Origin: Oligoflexales bacterium
Lineage (GTDB): Bacteria; Bdellovibrionota_B; Oligoflexia; Oligoflexales; CAIYRB01
DNA length: 64,000 nt
Direction: 5' to 3'
Assembly: GCA_041736175.1 (NCBI GenBank)
Contig: JBGSUI010000246.1
Coordinates: 32,001 to 96,000 of the forward strand
Shown here: positions 10,145-18,852 of the stretch, in pieces
How the letters are laid out: each line of letters opens with the position of its first letter
Numbering within the stretch: position 1 is the first letter of the stretch
The notes under the pieces: generated by a model
Seen by the model: the letters and a program-made list of their open reading frames with translations, nothing else
What the model was told of the DNA's origin: nothing
Databases searched by the model: none
Made by a program: the position numbers and the translations under genes

Positions 10145-11406
10145 TTTTCGATATTTTCCATTCTCTAGGGCGGGTTGATTCTCTTCCCAAAAGATTAACC
10201 GACAAAGATGTGTTTACCCAGTTTTTTCAGCAGACCAAACTAGCCGAAGACCTTGGGTTTAGAAAGGTGTGGGTCGCGGAAAGCCACTTTTCTAGCGAGG
10301 TGCAGAAGTCTCATAAAGAGCCAGTGATTCCCCATTATCGTGGAGAAGTCGGTCTTAATGCCGATTCGTTTCAGTTGGCCCATCTAGTACGCCAAAGCAC
10401 CCGCAAGATAGGATTTGGCACGGCGATCACCAATATCGTCGGGGGTAATGGGGGGCCCCTTGCGGTTGCTGATCGGGTCAGAATGCTCGCCTGGACCCAA
10501 AAGATGCTGGGTCTGGATTCTGCCCCTAGAGATCTTTCCATCGGTTTTGCTTCTGGTAGGTTTCCCTATATCAATCGTCCTTTTGGGATTGTTCCGCGCG
10601 ACCCCTTGGAGACCCTGATTTGGCCGACGATCCAGCGCTTTATTTTCATCGAGGCGATGGAGATCTTTCTCCGACTGTCCAGGGGACAGGTCCTAAGTAG
10701 TACCGATATCACCCCCCATTGGTTGAGTCGGTCGCTTTTTTCAGAGTCTCATTGGGATGCTATAAAAGATCTTTCGAGTCAGGATAAGACCTTTAGAATC
10801 GACGACGATAGAATACGATATCGGCCCCGGTGGGAGTTTGACAAGATGTTGCTTATTCCTGATATGACCCCCGAGGAGCTGCAGGTGACTTTTGTCTTAG
10901 GATCCCATGACCCCCTTGCGCGGCGCCTCGGGCTTAAATGTAGCGATCTCGATATATTTAATCTCTCTTTTACCCCGCCAGCAGAGATCGATAAAACCCA
11001 TGTCGAGATGGCTGGACTTATTGAGTCACTGCAGTCATACCCTAAGCAGCAGCGAGAAAAGCCTATCGCCTACAAGCCTTGGCATAGGTCGCGAATGCCG
11101 CGGACTGTGCTTGTCTTTATTGACCGGGATGGGAAAAAGGCGCGTCTTAGGGGAGAAAAAGCCCTCGATATTTATAGAACGGCCATGGCAGGGACGGTGC
11201 AACTCCCCTCCCAGGATGATCTGATGGCGAGAGCGCTCGTAGGAAGTCCCGAGGAGATCGTCGAGCAGTTGCAGCCGGGTGCTGCCCATGGATTTCAGGC
11301 AGATGATCGACTGATGCTTTGGTTTGAATTCAACCAATCCGAAGGGGAATCCATACTGAGTCAAATGCGTCTCTTTGCTGACTCTGTAATGCCCCATTAT
11401 ATGTAA
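10141..11406 (+). CDS. Luciferase-like (LLM) flavin-dependent monooxygenase
   Basis: AEDLGFRKVWVAESHF, IGFGTAI, LVGSPEEIVEQL, MRLFADSVMP. Confidence 0.85.
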   Translation: MIFDIFHSLGRVDSLPKRLTDKDVFTQFFQQTKLAEDLGFRKVWVAESHFSSEVQKSHKEPVIPHYRGEVGLNADSFQLAHLVRQSTRKIGFGTAITNIVGGNGGPLAVADRVRMLAWTQKMLGLDSAPRDLSIGFASGRFPYINRPFGIVPRDPLETLIWPTIQRFIFIEAMEIFLRLSRGQVLSSTDITPHWLSRSLFSESHWDAIKDLSSQDKTFRIDDDRIRYRPRWEFDKMLLIPDMTPEELQVTFVLGSHDPLARRLGLKCSDLDIFNLSFTPPAEIDKTHVEMAGLIESLQSYPKQQREKPIAYKPWHRSRMPRTVLVFIDRDGKKARLRGEKALDIYRTAMAGTVQLPSQDDLMARALVGSPEEIVEQLQPGAAHGFQADDRLMLWFEFNQSEGESILSQMRLFADSVMPHYM

Positions 11407-11442
11407 AGCAAAGAAGTCCTTTAACTGGATAGGAGTGGAACG

Positions 11443-12450
11443 TTGACAATCCGGCGAAACGGTACCATTTACAATAATACTCGGCCCTTTTTTGCCATAG
11501 AGCGAAAAAATATCCCAGAGATCGTTATTGAAGGAGTCTGGACCTATAAAAAAGGCGACTCTAAACCCCTTGGCGATCAGGTCCAGGTGGTGATGCGGTC
11601 GCTCTTTAAGCCGTGGCAGTTTATGGCCCTCGATCTGTTAGGCGACTCTTTAGATCATGGAGACAAAAAGCAACCCTGGTCCATGGCTCTCAGCTCCCAT
11701 AGCGGCCAGGAGCCGCATCTCACCGCTCTGGGCCAACTTATCCGAGAAGTGGAGGCAACAGAATCAGATTTGGTCTGTCCCCGCAGTTATCCCATGGATA
11801 TTTACGCGGCAGCATTGGCAAAAGAAAGGGGCCAGCCTCCCTCGCGGTTAAATCATCCATGTGCCGGAAAACACCTTGCCTATATTGCCGCCTGCAAAAA
11901 ATATGGGTATTCCCTAGACCATTACTGGTCTGACCAGCATCCCATCCATAAACGGATTACGAGTTTAATTGGGACCCAGATCTATGAAAAACCCACATGG
12001 TGTACTGATAGCTGCGGTCTGCCGACTCTGGCCCTTTCGACCTTTGAGCTGGTCAATCTCTGGCAAAAATTGGCAAGCAGCCAGGAGCCTCGGTATGGGA
12101 GGGCTCGGGGGTTGATGATCGATCATCCCCTGCTTGTAGGAGGTTCTAAGAGATTGGATTCGGATCTGATCGAAAAGGGCCAAGGTCGCATTCTGGCTAA
12201 AGAAGGCGCCGATGGTCTTTTGGTGGTGAGTAGTATCCCCTACGAAAACGAACCGCCCTCAACCTGTTTTATTAAGTTGGCATCGGGATATAATCAAACC
12301 TATTTAGCATTAGCTTTATGGTCAGTCTTGTCCCAAATCGAAGATCTAACCCCAGTCTTTCGCACGACGAGGGAATTCCTCAAGACCAGACTCGAACATT
12401 GGATCCCATCTGACCAAGATTTTAAAGTCTTGCTAAACCCTTATGAATAG
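11443..12450 (+). CDS. L-asparaginase II (Rhizobium-type, class 3)
   Basis: RSLFKP, SSHSG, CAGKH, DSCGLP and AKEGADG match the class-3 asparaginase catalytic and metal motifs. Confidence 0.82.
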   Translation: MTIRRNGTIYNNTRPFFAIERKNIPEIVIEGVWTYKKGDSKPLGDQVQVVMRSLFKPWQFMALDLLGDSLDHGDKKQPWSMALSSHSGQEPHLTALGQLIREVEATESDLVCPRSYPMDIYAAALAKERGQPPSRLNHPCAGKHLAYIAACKKYGYSLDHYWSDQHPIHKRITSLIGTQIYEKPTWCTDSCGLPTLALSTFELVNLWQKLASSQEPRYGRARGLMIDHPLLVGGSKRLDSDLIEKGQGRILAKEGADGLLVVSSIPYENEPPSTCFIKLASGYNQTYLALALWSVLSQIEDLTPVFRTTREFLKTRLEHWIPSDQDFKVLLNPYE

Positions 12451-12474
12451 TCTTCTTAAATAAAGTTTAAATCG

Positions 12475-13434
12475 ATGAAAGTCTATCAGTTTACTGTTTC
12501 CTATGACGAAGCCGGCCAACGACTCGACGGGTTTTTAGCGCTTAAAACCGGGCTCTATTCTAAACGCAAAGTAAAAACCATGATCGATGCTGGACATATC
12601 GACGTCAATGGTAAGCGGCAAAAAATGGCCAGCTATGCTGTCGTAAGGGGGGACAAAATAAAGCTACACGATCCTGGTGAATCTCCCCGTCCCAGTGATG
12701 GGATCTTTAGCCTTAAAGATAGCGATATCCTCTATGACGCCGACGAACTCGTCGTGATCAACAAACCCCCTGGACTAGCCTCCCAGCAGACAAAAGATCC
12801 AAGATTTCCCCACGTTTTAGGGGTTCTTGAGGATTATTATCGAAACAAAAATATCGCTCTGGCGTCCCCCCTTATTTTAGTCCATCGGCTGGATCTTGAA
12901 ACCTCGGGGGTCCTTATTGTGGCCAAGACGCCTCGTTGTGCTACGGAAGTCACAGAACAGTTTAGAAATAGAGAGGTGCTAAAAATCTATTTAGCTCTAA
13001 GCCAGGGCAGGTGCTCGGCGCAACAGTTTATCGAAACAACGCCTCTCTCCGAGATCGACAAAAAGACAGGAAATGTTCGCCCGGTGCGAGCCGGAGGTAA
13101 ACAAGCCGTGACAGAGTTTACGGTCCTCGACCAAAGGGAAGATATCCCCCTCTGCCTGATCGAATGCCGGCCTAAGACTGGGAGGAGCCATCAGATACGC
13201 GTTCACTTGGATATCAACGGACTTCCCATCTTGGGGGATAAGCGCTATGGAGCTACCAAACGGAGATTGCTCCCTCCTGGCTATGCCCAAGTGGAACAGC
13301 TGGCAGCAAAATACCACTGTCTCCATGCAGCTCAGCTTACCTTTAGGCCCCGTTCTAAGGCCGACTCCTTAACCCTTAGAGCTCCCTTGCCCCCGCATTT
13401 TAGGGGGATCTTGGACGCCGTGAAGTTCAAATAG
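12475..13434 (+). CDS. RluA/RluD-family pseudouridine synthase with S4 domain
   Basis: GQRLDGFLA, INKPPGL, VHRLDLETSG, TGRSHQIRVH, ILGDKRYG. Confidence 0.93.
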   Translation: MKVYQFTVSYDEAGQRLDGFLALKTGLYSKRKVKTMIDAGHIDVNGKRQKMASYAVVRGDKIKLHDPGESPRPSDGIFSLKDSDILYDADELVVINKPPGLASQQTKDPRFPHVLGVLEDYYRNKNIALASPLILVHRLDLETSGVLIVAKTPRCATEVTEQFRNREVLKIYLALSQGRCSAQQFIETTPLSEIDKKTGNVRPVRAGGKQAVTEFTVLDQREDIPLCLIECRPKTGRSHQIRVHLDINGLPILGDKRYGATKRRLLPPGYAQVEQLAAKYHCLHAAQLTFRPRSKADSLTLRAPLPPHFRGILDAVKFK

Positions 13435-13623
13435 TAATTTGAAGTTTTCATACGCCAGATAATTAATCTGGCATTTTTTTAGGTCAATTCAAATCGTTAC
13501 AGATAGGGTGCGAAAATAGAAAAAGCAGCAAAAATCATCACAAAACTTCACAAAACTAAGATTTCAATAGTATTTGGATGGCCAGAGAAAGTTCAACCGG
13601 CGCTGTTTGTGATCATGAGAGTC

Positions 13624-13652
13624 TTGACAATTCCGCTAAAAGCGTTCACTAT
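13624..13652 (+). promoter_or_regulatory. Possible sigma70 promoter for the RCC1 gene
   Basis: TTGACA-N17-CACTAT; the -10 match is weak. Confidence 0.4.
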
Positions 13653-13799
13653 GAATGTATCATTAGATATGTAAACTAAAAAATCCTGCCCCAGCGCCTC
13701 GGCACACCTGTTGAGACCGATTTATCATGTGGCCCCGCGGGTCCAGGCCCTGGGGTTTTCTAATTTCTGACACGTACCTCTTATTTAGAAGGGAACACG

Positions 13800-15227
13800 A
13801 TGAGCGAAAATATCGAGGACAAAAAACTCCCTTCCCCTCAAGAAAGCAATCCAGAGTGTCCCTCTAAGACGCCTATTTCTTCGACCCATACCGAACCTAC
13901 GGATAGGGATCGCTCTGCTCATCCCGCCATGGATTCGCCAAAAAATGCCTTCCCCTCTCCCCTCCCTACCTTCCCCTTACAGTCGTCCCCCTCTCTCACT
14001 TTCCCTGCCCCAAAAGACCTCAATCGGCCCATGGAGCTGCAACCCCTCTCTCGCCGCCACCTGATCGGCATGGTCCCTAAAGCGACTTTAGCAACCTGGA
14101 TAGGTACGGGGGAGGATCGAGGGTTTGCTTTCAATAACATGATGATGTTTAGAAAAAAAAAGATCCCACCAAACAGCTACAGCCTCTGGGTCTTTGGGGA
14201 TAACTATTATGGCCAGCTTGGGCTTGGGAACACGACTAACCGCTCTAGCCCCGTTCAGGTGGGGACTTTAAGCTCCTGGAGTGAGGCGGCGGCGGGATAT
14301 AGGCACACCATTACGCGACGAACAGACGGCACCCTATGGGCCTTTGGGAATAACGGTCGTGGCCAGCTGGGGCTTGGGGACGTGACTCGCCGATCTAGCC
14401 CTGTCCAGGTGGGGTCTTTAAGCTCCTGGAGTGAGGTGGCGGCGGGATATGGCCGCTCCATAGCCCGCCGAACAGACGGCACCCTCTGGGGCTTTGGGAA
14501 TAACTATTATGGCCAGCTTGGGCTTGGGAACGAGACTGTCCAATCTAGCCCAGTCCAGGTAGGCTCTTTAAGCTCCTGGAGTGAGGTGGCGCTGGGGGGT
14601 CACCATACCATAGCCCGTCGATCAGACGGCACCCTCTGGACCTTTGGGGATAACTCTTATGGCCAGCTTGGGCGTGGGAACACGACTGACCGATCTAGCC
14701 CCGTCCAGGTGGGAAATTTAAGCTCCTGGAGTGAGGTGGCGGCGGGATATGACCACTCCATAGCTCGGCGAACAGACGGCACCCTATGGTCTTTTGGGTC
14801 TAACAATAATGGTCAGCTTGGGCTTGGGAACGAGACTGACCGCAGTAGCCCAGTCCAGGTGGGTTCATTAAGCTCATGGACTGAGGTGGCGGGGGGATCT
14901 ACCCACACCATAGCCCGTCGAACAGACGGGACCCTTTGGGCCTGGGGGTATAACTATTATGGCCAGCTTGGGCTTGGGGACGTGACTTACCGTAGTAGCC
15001 CTGTCCAGGTGGGAAATTTAAGCTCCTGGAGTGAGGTGGCGGTGGGATTTTACCACACCATGGCCCGACGCACAGACGGGACTTTGTGGGCCTTTGGACG
15101 TAACTCTTATGGCCGGCTGGGGCTTGGGGACACAGCTCACCGCAGCAATCCCGTTCAGGTGGGGAGCCTTAGCAGCTGGTTCAAAATCTCCGGTGGCGGC
15201 TACCATGTCATTGCACTCAAATCTTGA
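13800..15227 (+). CDS. RCC1-repeat seven-bladed beta-propeller protein with Pro/Ser-rich N-terminus and a Tat-like SRRHLI motif
   Basis: Seven 50-aa repeats of consensus TLWxFGxNxxGQLGLGxxTxRSSPVQVGxLSSWSEVAxGxxHTIARRTDG; true start may be ATG 14031. Confidence 0.92.
   Translation: MSENIEDKKLPSPQESNPECPSKTPISSTHTEPTDRDRSAHPAMDSPKNAFPSPLPTFPLQSSPSLTFPAPKDLNRPMELQPLSRRHLIGMVPKATLATWIGTGEDRGFAFNNMMMFRKKKIPPNSYSLWVFGDNYYGQLGLGNTTNRSSPVQVGTLSSWSEAAAGYRHTITRRTDGTLWAFGNNGRGQLGLGDVTRRSSPVQVGSLSSWSEVAAGYGRSIARRTDGTLWGFGNNYYGQLGLGNETVQSSPVQVGSLSSWSEVALGGHHTIARRSDGTLWTFGDNSYGQLGRGNTTDRSSPVQVGNLSSWSEVAAGYDHSIARRTDGTLWSFGSNNNGQLGLGNETDRSSPVQVGSLSSWTEVAGGSTHTIARRTDGTLWAWGYNYYGQLGLGDVTYRSSPVQVGNLSSWSEVAVGFYHTMARRTDGTLWAFGRNSYGRLGLGDTAHRSNPVQVGSLSSWFKISGGGYHVIALKS
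14181..15227 (+). repeat. Seven tandem 150-bp coding repeats
   Basis: Units start at 14181, 14331, 14481, 14631, 14781, 14931 and 15081 with no indels; unit 7 is the most diverged. Confidence 0.97.
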
Positions 15228-15676
15228 GCTTCTTCTGGACTTTGGCGTGCCTCCTCCGGCTCTTGCGTGACCAAGGGTTGTGATTTTGCAGCTGAGCTTG
15301 ACCGGAAATGCTGACTCTGAGCTGACCGGCTATTTTTTAACAAAGTCGCCTGACATCGTTTAAGGAGGAAAGTACTTGATAGCCCCCTCTCCTCCCCATA
15401 CAGGCCCTTGGTGCTCTTGAGCGGTGGATAATACGCCGGAGCTCTGGTGTCTAAAGAATGATAAAATAATAGAGAGTTGACATTTAGATATTTCCTTATG
15501 ATTTCATTAAAGGATTTAATATAAGGTTTAGAACCTTCGGCTGAACACAGCGCAGGCCTAGGCTGTTTCCACGGCAACCGGCTCTTCCCATCAACAAGTA
15601 TTGGCATCATTTTTGCTCGGGTTGTCCTTGAGAAGGCATCATTTGTTCTTAACATCTAAAATCAGAAAACCTAATC

Positions 15677-17260
15677 ATGTCAAAAATTTTTTCTTTACCA
15701 AAACTAGTCTTTATATTAGCTGGATTAACTGCCTGTTTTCCAAATCTAAAACCTGTTAAATCTGCATCGTCAAATTTACAGACAGAGGAAGTCTGTACAA
15801 ACGAGCCATCAAGTTTTTTGTTACTTCCTGAGAACTGCCAACTTAAAATTCTCGAAAACCTGACACCGTTAGATCTCGTGAAGTTTGCAAAAGTCTTATC
15901 CACAAAGACCTCAGAGATTGGTTTTCAGGCGCTTTTAGCCCGCGCTAAGCTTAAGGTTCCAGAAAGTATACAAGTATCCCTCGATAGATACGCTGCTCAT
16001 ATTCGAAAATGTATCGGTAGGTCGTTTATTTCGCAGCAAAGAAATGATCCTATATTTGTCGAAAAACTGTTTATTTCCTATCTAACCTATCTCAAATTGA
16101 CCCATTCATCTAATAGATCGTCCAGATCGTCTTCACGGTTTACAGGTGTCAATGTTAGATCTGAAGTTGATCCCATCGTTCTTGGAAAGAATCATATCGT
16201 CTATGCTCGCAAAAATGATCGCCAGGGAAAGATATATCTCGAAGTCCGGGATTCGGTTTCCTTGAAAGTCATAGCTTCCCAAGAATACCGCAAACCCATC
16301 GAATCTCTTGGAGCTTTAGGTCCCCACTCATTTTTGGTCAAGGAGATTGAAGGACAAAGTCATTTGTGGACGTTTACGGCCAACTCATTCAAAAATGAAA
16401 ATCGACAGATTCAACGACAGGTTCAGGTCATCACAATCAAGAATATGGATGCCTATTTTACACTAGAGAATGGTCAATTGACCTCATTTTCACTTCATGA
16501 TCGTGAGTTTCGGGAGACTAGACTTGGAACCTTCCCACCAGAGGATTCCAAACTCAATCGGTCCTCCCTCGAAATCATTGGCACTAGCCCTGATCAACTT
16601 GTTACTTTAGAAAAGATGAGCGGACGCACATCCCTTAAGACTTGGCATTTAGACTCAAAAAGTCTTGCAGCAAAACAAGATACTTTTAAATTAAAATCGG
16701 TTCATGAATTTGAAGGCGAGTATGATTCTGCCAAGTTGGAAAACAAGATGCTTTCTTTTGCACTTGTCCGAGACCAGCAACATGCATTCCTTCTTTATGA
16801 TACCGTGGCCGATCAAGAAGTTCTAAAAGTCCATGATCCCCAGCCATATATCAAAGACCGATTTAAGTTAACCTATCTTGATGGATATTCCTTTTTCATT
16901 AGCAAACCTTCTTTGCCAAGAGGTCTTAATTACGAGCTTTCGATCTATTCGGGAAGTGATTGGAAAAACATACACCAAAAAGAGCGCAAGATTTATTCTA
17001 CGCAGCAGGGTGTAGCCGTCTGGGATGATTACATCACATTTATATATTCTGATCAGATTCGTTTTACATCGATTGAAAATCCAAATAATTCTCTGTTGGC
17101 TCATACAAATTTTTTGGATGACGGAGTTTACCCACTTACCCCTGCAATTTTAGGTATTGCTCGGGTTGAAGGTGCCTATATATCTAGGCATCAGAATGGA
17201 TTTACCATTCACAGCTTATGGAAAACTATCTTAGAACAACATTCTTTAGTAGTTATTTGA
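15677..17260 (+). CDS. Putative lipoprotein with F-box-like motif and beta-rich C-terminal region
   Basis: Lipobox LTAC at residue 20; FLLLPENCQLKILENLTPLDLVKFAKV; AT-rich gene. Confidence 0.6.
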   Translation: MSKIFSLPKLVFILAGLTACFPNLKPVKSASSNLQTEEVCTNEPSSFLLLPENCQLKILENLTPLDLVKFAKVLSTKTSEIGFQALLARAKLKVPESIQVSLDRYAAHIRKCIGRSFISQQRNDPIFVEKLFISYLTYLKLTHSSNRSSRSSSRFTGVNVRSEVDPIVLGKNHIVYARKNDRQGKIYLEVRDSVSLKVIASQEYRKPIESLGALGPHSFLVKEIEGQSHLWTFTANSFKNENRQIQRQVQVITIKNMDAYFTLENGQLTSFSLHDREFRETRLGTFPPEDSKLNRSSLEIIGTSPDQLVTLEKMSGRTSLKTWHLDSKSLAAKQDTFKLKSVHEFEGEYDSAKLENKMLSFALVRDQQHAFLLYDTVADQEVLKVHDPQPYIKDRFKLTYLDGYSFFISKPSLPRGLNYELSIYSGSDWKNIHQKERKIYSTQQGVAVWDDYITFIYSDQIRFTSIENPNNSLLAHTNFLDDGVYPLTPAILGIARVEGAYISRHQNGFTIHSLWKTILEQHSLVVI

Positions 17261-17469
17261 TTATTTATACATTTAGAACAATTTCTATGAGAACATCGCA
17301 AAATTTCAAATAGGATTCATCCCGTTCTTTGGAGATAGGCACCATATAGTTTGCCCGGATTTCTTACGTAGACTGAAACCGATTCAGGATTAAACTTTTT
17401 AAGTCGCTTCACTTTCTGTTAAACCCTTTAGATCGTCCATTCCATATGTAAAGTTAAAGGTTTTCAATT

Positions 17470-18663
17470 CTAGTCCACTGGTGTGATGGGTTTCTGATGG
17501 TAAAGCCATCGCGAGATGGCCGGGGGTGTTTTGATTACTAATTGGGATTTGTTGGCAAAAAACCTATGAATTTGATCGCTGCTACTATTGATGCCTGGCA
17601 ACTTTTGATCACAGAGTAAGCTTGAACCAATAAAAAATTGAGGTGCACGGCTGTGATCGAATATCATTTGCTGGATTCCTAGAGTAGGACCGTTGGTGTA
17701 ATGTTTAATGGCAATTTCGTCCTCATTTCTTTCGATTTTAAGTTCGCCAGCTATTTTTCGGAGCTCTTGTCGGAATTCCTGGTCAGAGAGCCGCAGGGGG
17801 CCAAGCTGTACGGTATCAATATTAGAGGTGCTGATGTTGAGAATGCTGATTTGTTTGTCGGTTATCTTTGTAATATTTTCGAGTAGCTTTTTGCCGGCGG
17901 CATCGTTGACCCAGGCAGGACCGACAAAGGTATCCATGAGGGTTAGCATTTGTGGTATCGCGGCAGAAGGGATGTCCAGGCCATCCTCAAGTGTTTTACC
18001 GGCAATTTTGATCGAAAGGTGAGCACCTTTGCTAAATCCAGCCAAATGGGGCCTTGTTCCTTTATAGTCCCGAAATATTGTTTTATAGTAGTTAAATATA
18101 TCGGTTAAAAATTTTGCATCGCTCTCTTCGAGAGTGGGTAGACTAGGTTCAACCACCTCGTCGAAAAATTGGAGGTCAGATTGGGGTATATATTCTACCC
18201 CCACCCTGCGATTGACTAACAAATGATTTTCTAGTTGAACAGGATCACGAAATCTTGAATCCCACAGCAAGGCATAAATGTCAGGTTTTATATTTTGTAT
18301 TGGAATCGGGACGGTGGGGCGGTTAGGTTTAGAATTGTCAATAAACCCAAATTTTCTACTAATATCCGCTGGGTTTGGTGGTTGGAAGGGTTTGCTGCGA
18401 CTGCCGAATTCCCAACCGTGAATCATCAGTGCAATACCCTGGTTCGAGTTGGCAACGCGCTCAACTTCTTGCCAAGTACCATTGCGCGACAAATGGTAAA
18501 GAAAAAATTTGTGAATATTAGAGCCAATGCCATGAGAACCTAATCCAGAGGTTGCTAAGACATGATCCTCTTTTTCAAACCTAGATCCTGCTAGGATTGT
18601 AGTTTTATCACATCTGGTGCTAATAACTGCGACTAGTAGTACAAAAATTTGTTTGTAATTCAT
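17470..18663 (-). CDS. Exported alpha/beta-hydrolase (lipase-like)
   Basis: MIHGW oxyanion motif, AGFSKGAH nucleophile elbow, LTLMD, late DH; GGAGG before ATG 18663. Confidence 0.7.
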   Translation of the reverse strand: MNYKQIFVLLVAVISTRCDKTTILAGSRFEKEDHVLATSGLGSHGIGSNIHKFFLYHLSRNGTWQEVERVANSNQGIALMIHGWEFGSRSKPFQPPNPADISRKFGFIDNSKPNRPTVPIPIQNIKPDIYALLWDSRFRDPVQLENHLLVNRRVGVEYIPQSDLQFFDEVVEPSLPTLEESDAKFLTDIFNYYKTIFRDYKGTRPHLAGFSKGAHLSIKIAGKTLEDGLDIPSAAIPQMLTLMDTFVGPAWVNDAAGKKLLENITKITDKQISILNISTSNIDTVQLGPLRLSDQEFRQELRKIAGELKIERNEDEIAIKHYTNGPTLGIQQMIFDHSRAPQFFIGSSLLCDQKLPGINSSSDQIHRFFANKSQLVIKTPPAISRWLYHQKPITPVD

Positions 18664-18852
18664 AAACCTCCCCAATCAGTCACAGAATTTGGTTATTCAT
18701 TTTTGGTGCCAAAGTTTTATTCTAATGATATTTATGGGATGTAAGGTTAAGGTGAGGGGTGTTTGCTGAAGATTAGACATGGGTGAACAGTTAATCGTCG
18801 CCAAAAATCAGAGTTCCATACCAATCGAGTTTGAGACCTTTAGGTCTTTCTC

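Noticed and set aside
13708..13714. Hammerhead ribozyme core (CTGTTGA)
   Set aside because: Deviates from CUGANGA and lacks a correctly placed GAAA
14181..15227. CRISPR array
   Set aside because: Repeats are contiguous, in-frame 150-bp coding units with no unique spacers, and there are no cas genes in the window
15200..15655. 151-aa minus-strand ORF
   Set aside because: No recognisable motifs or clear ribosome-binding site, and it overlaps the RCC1 gene end; left uncalled
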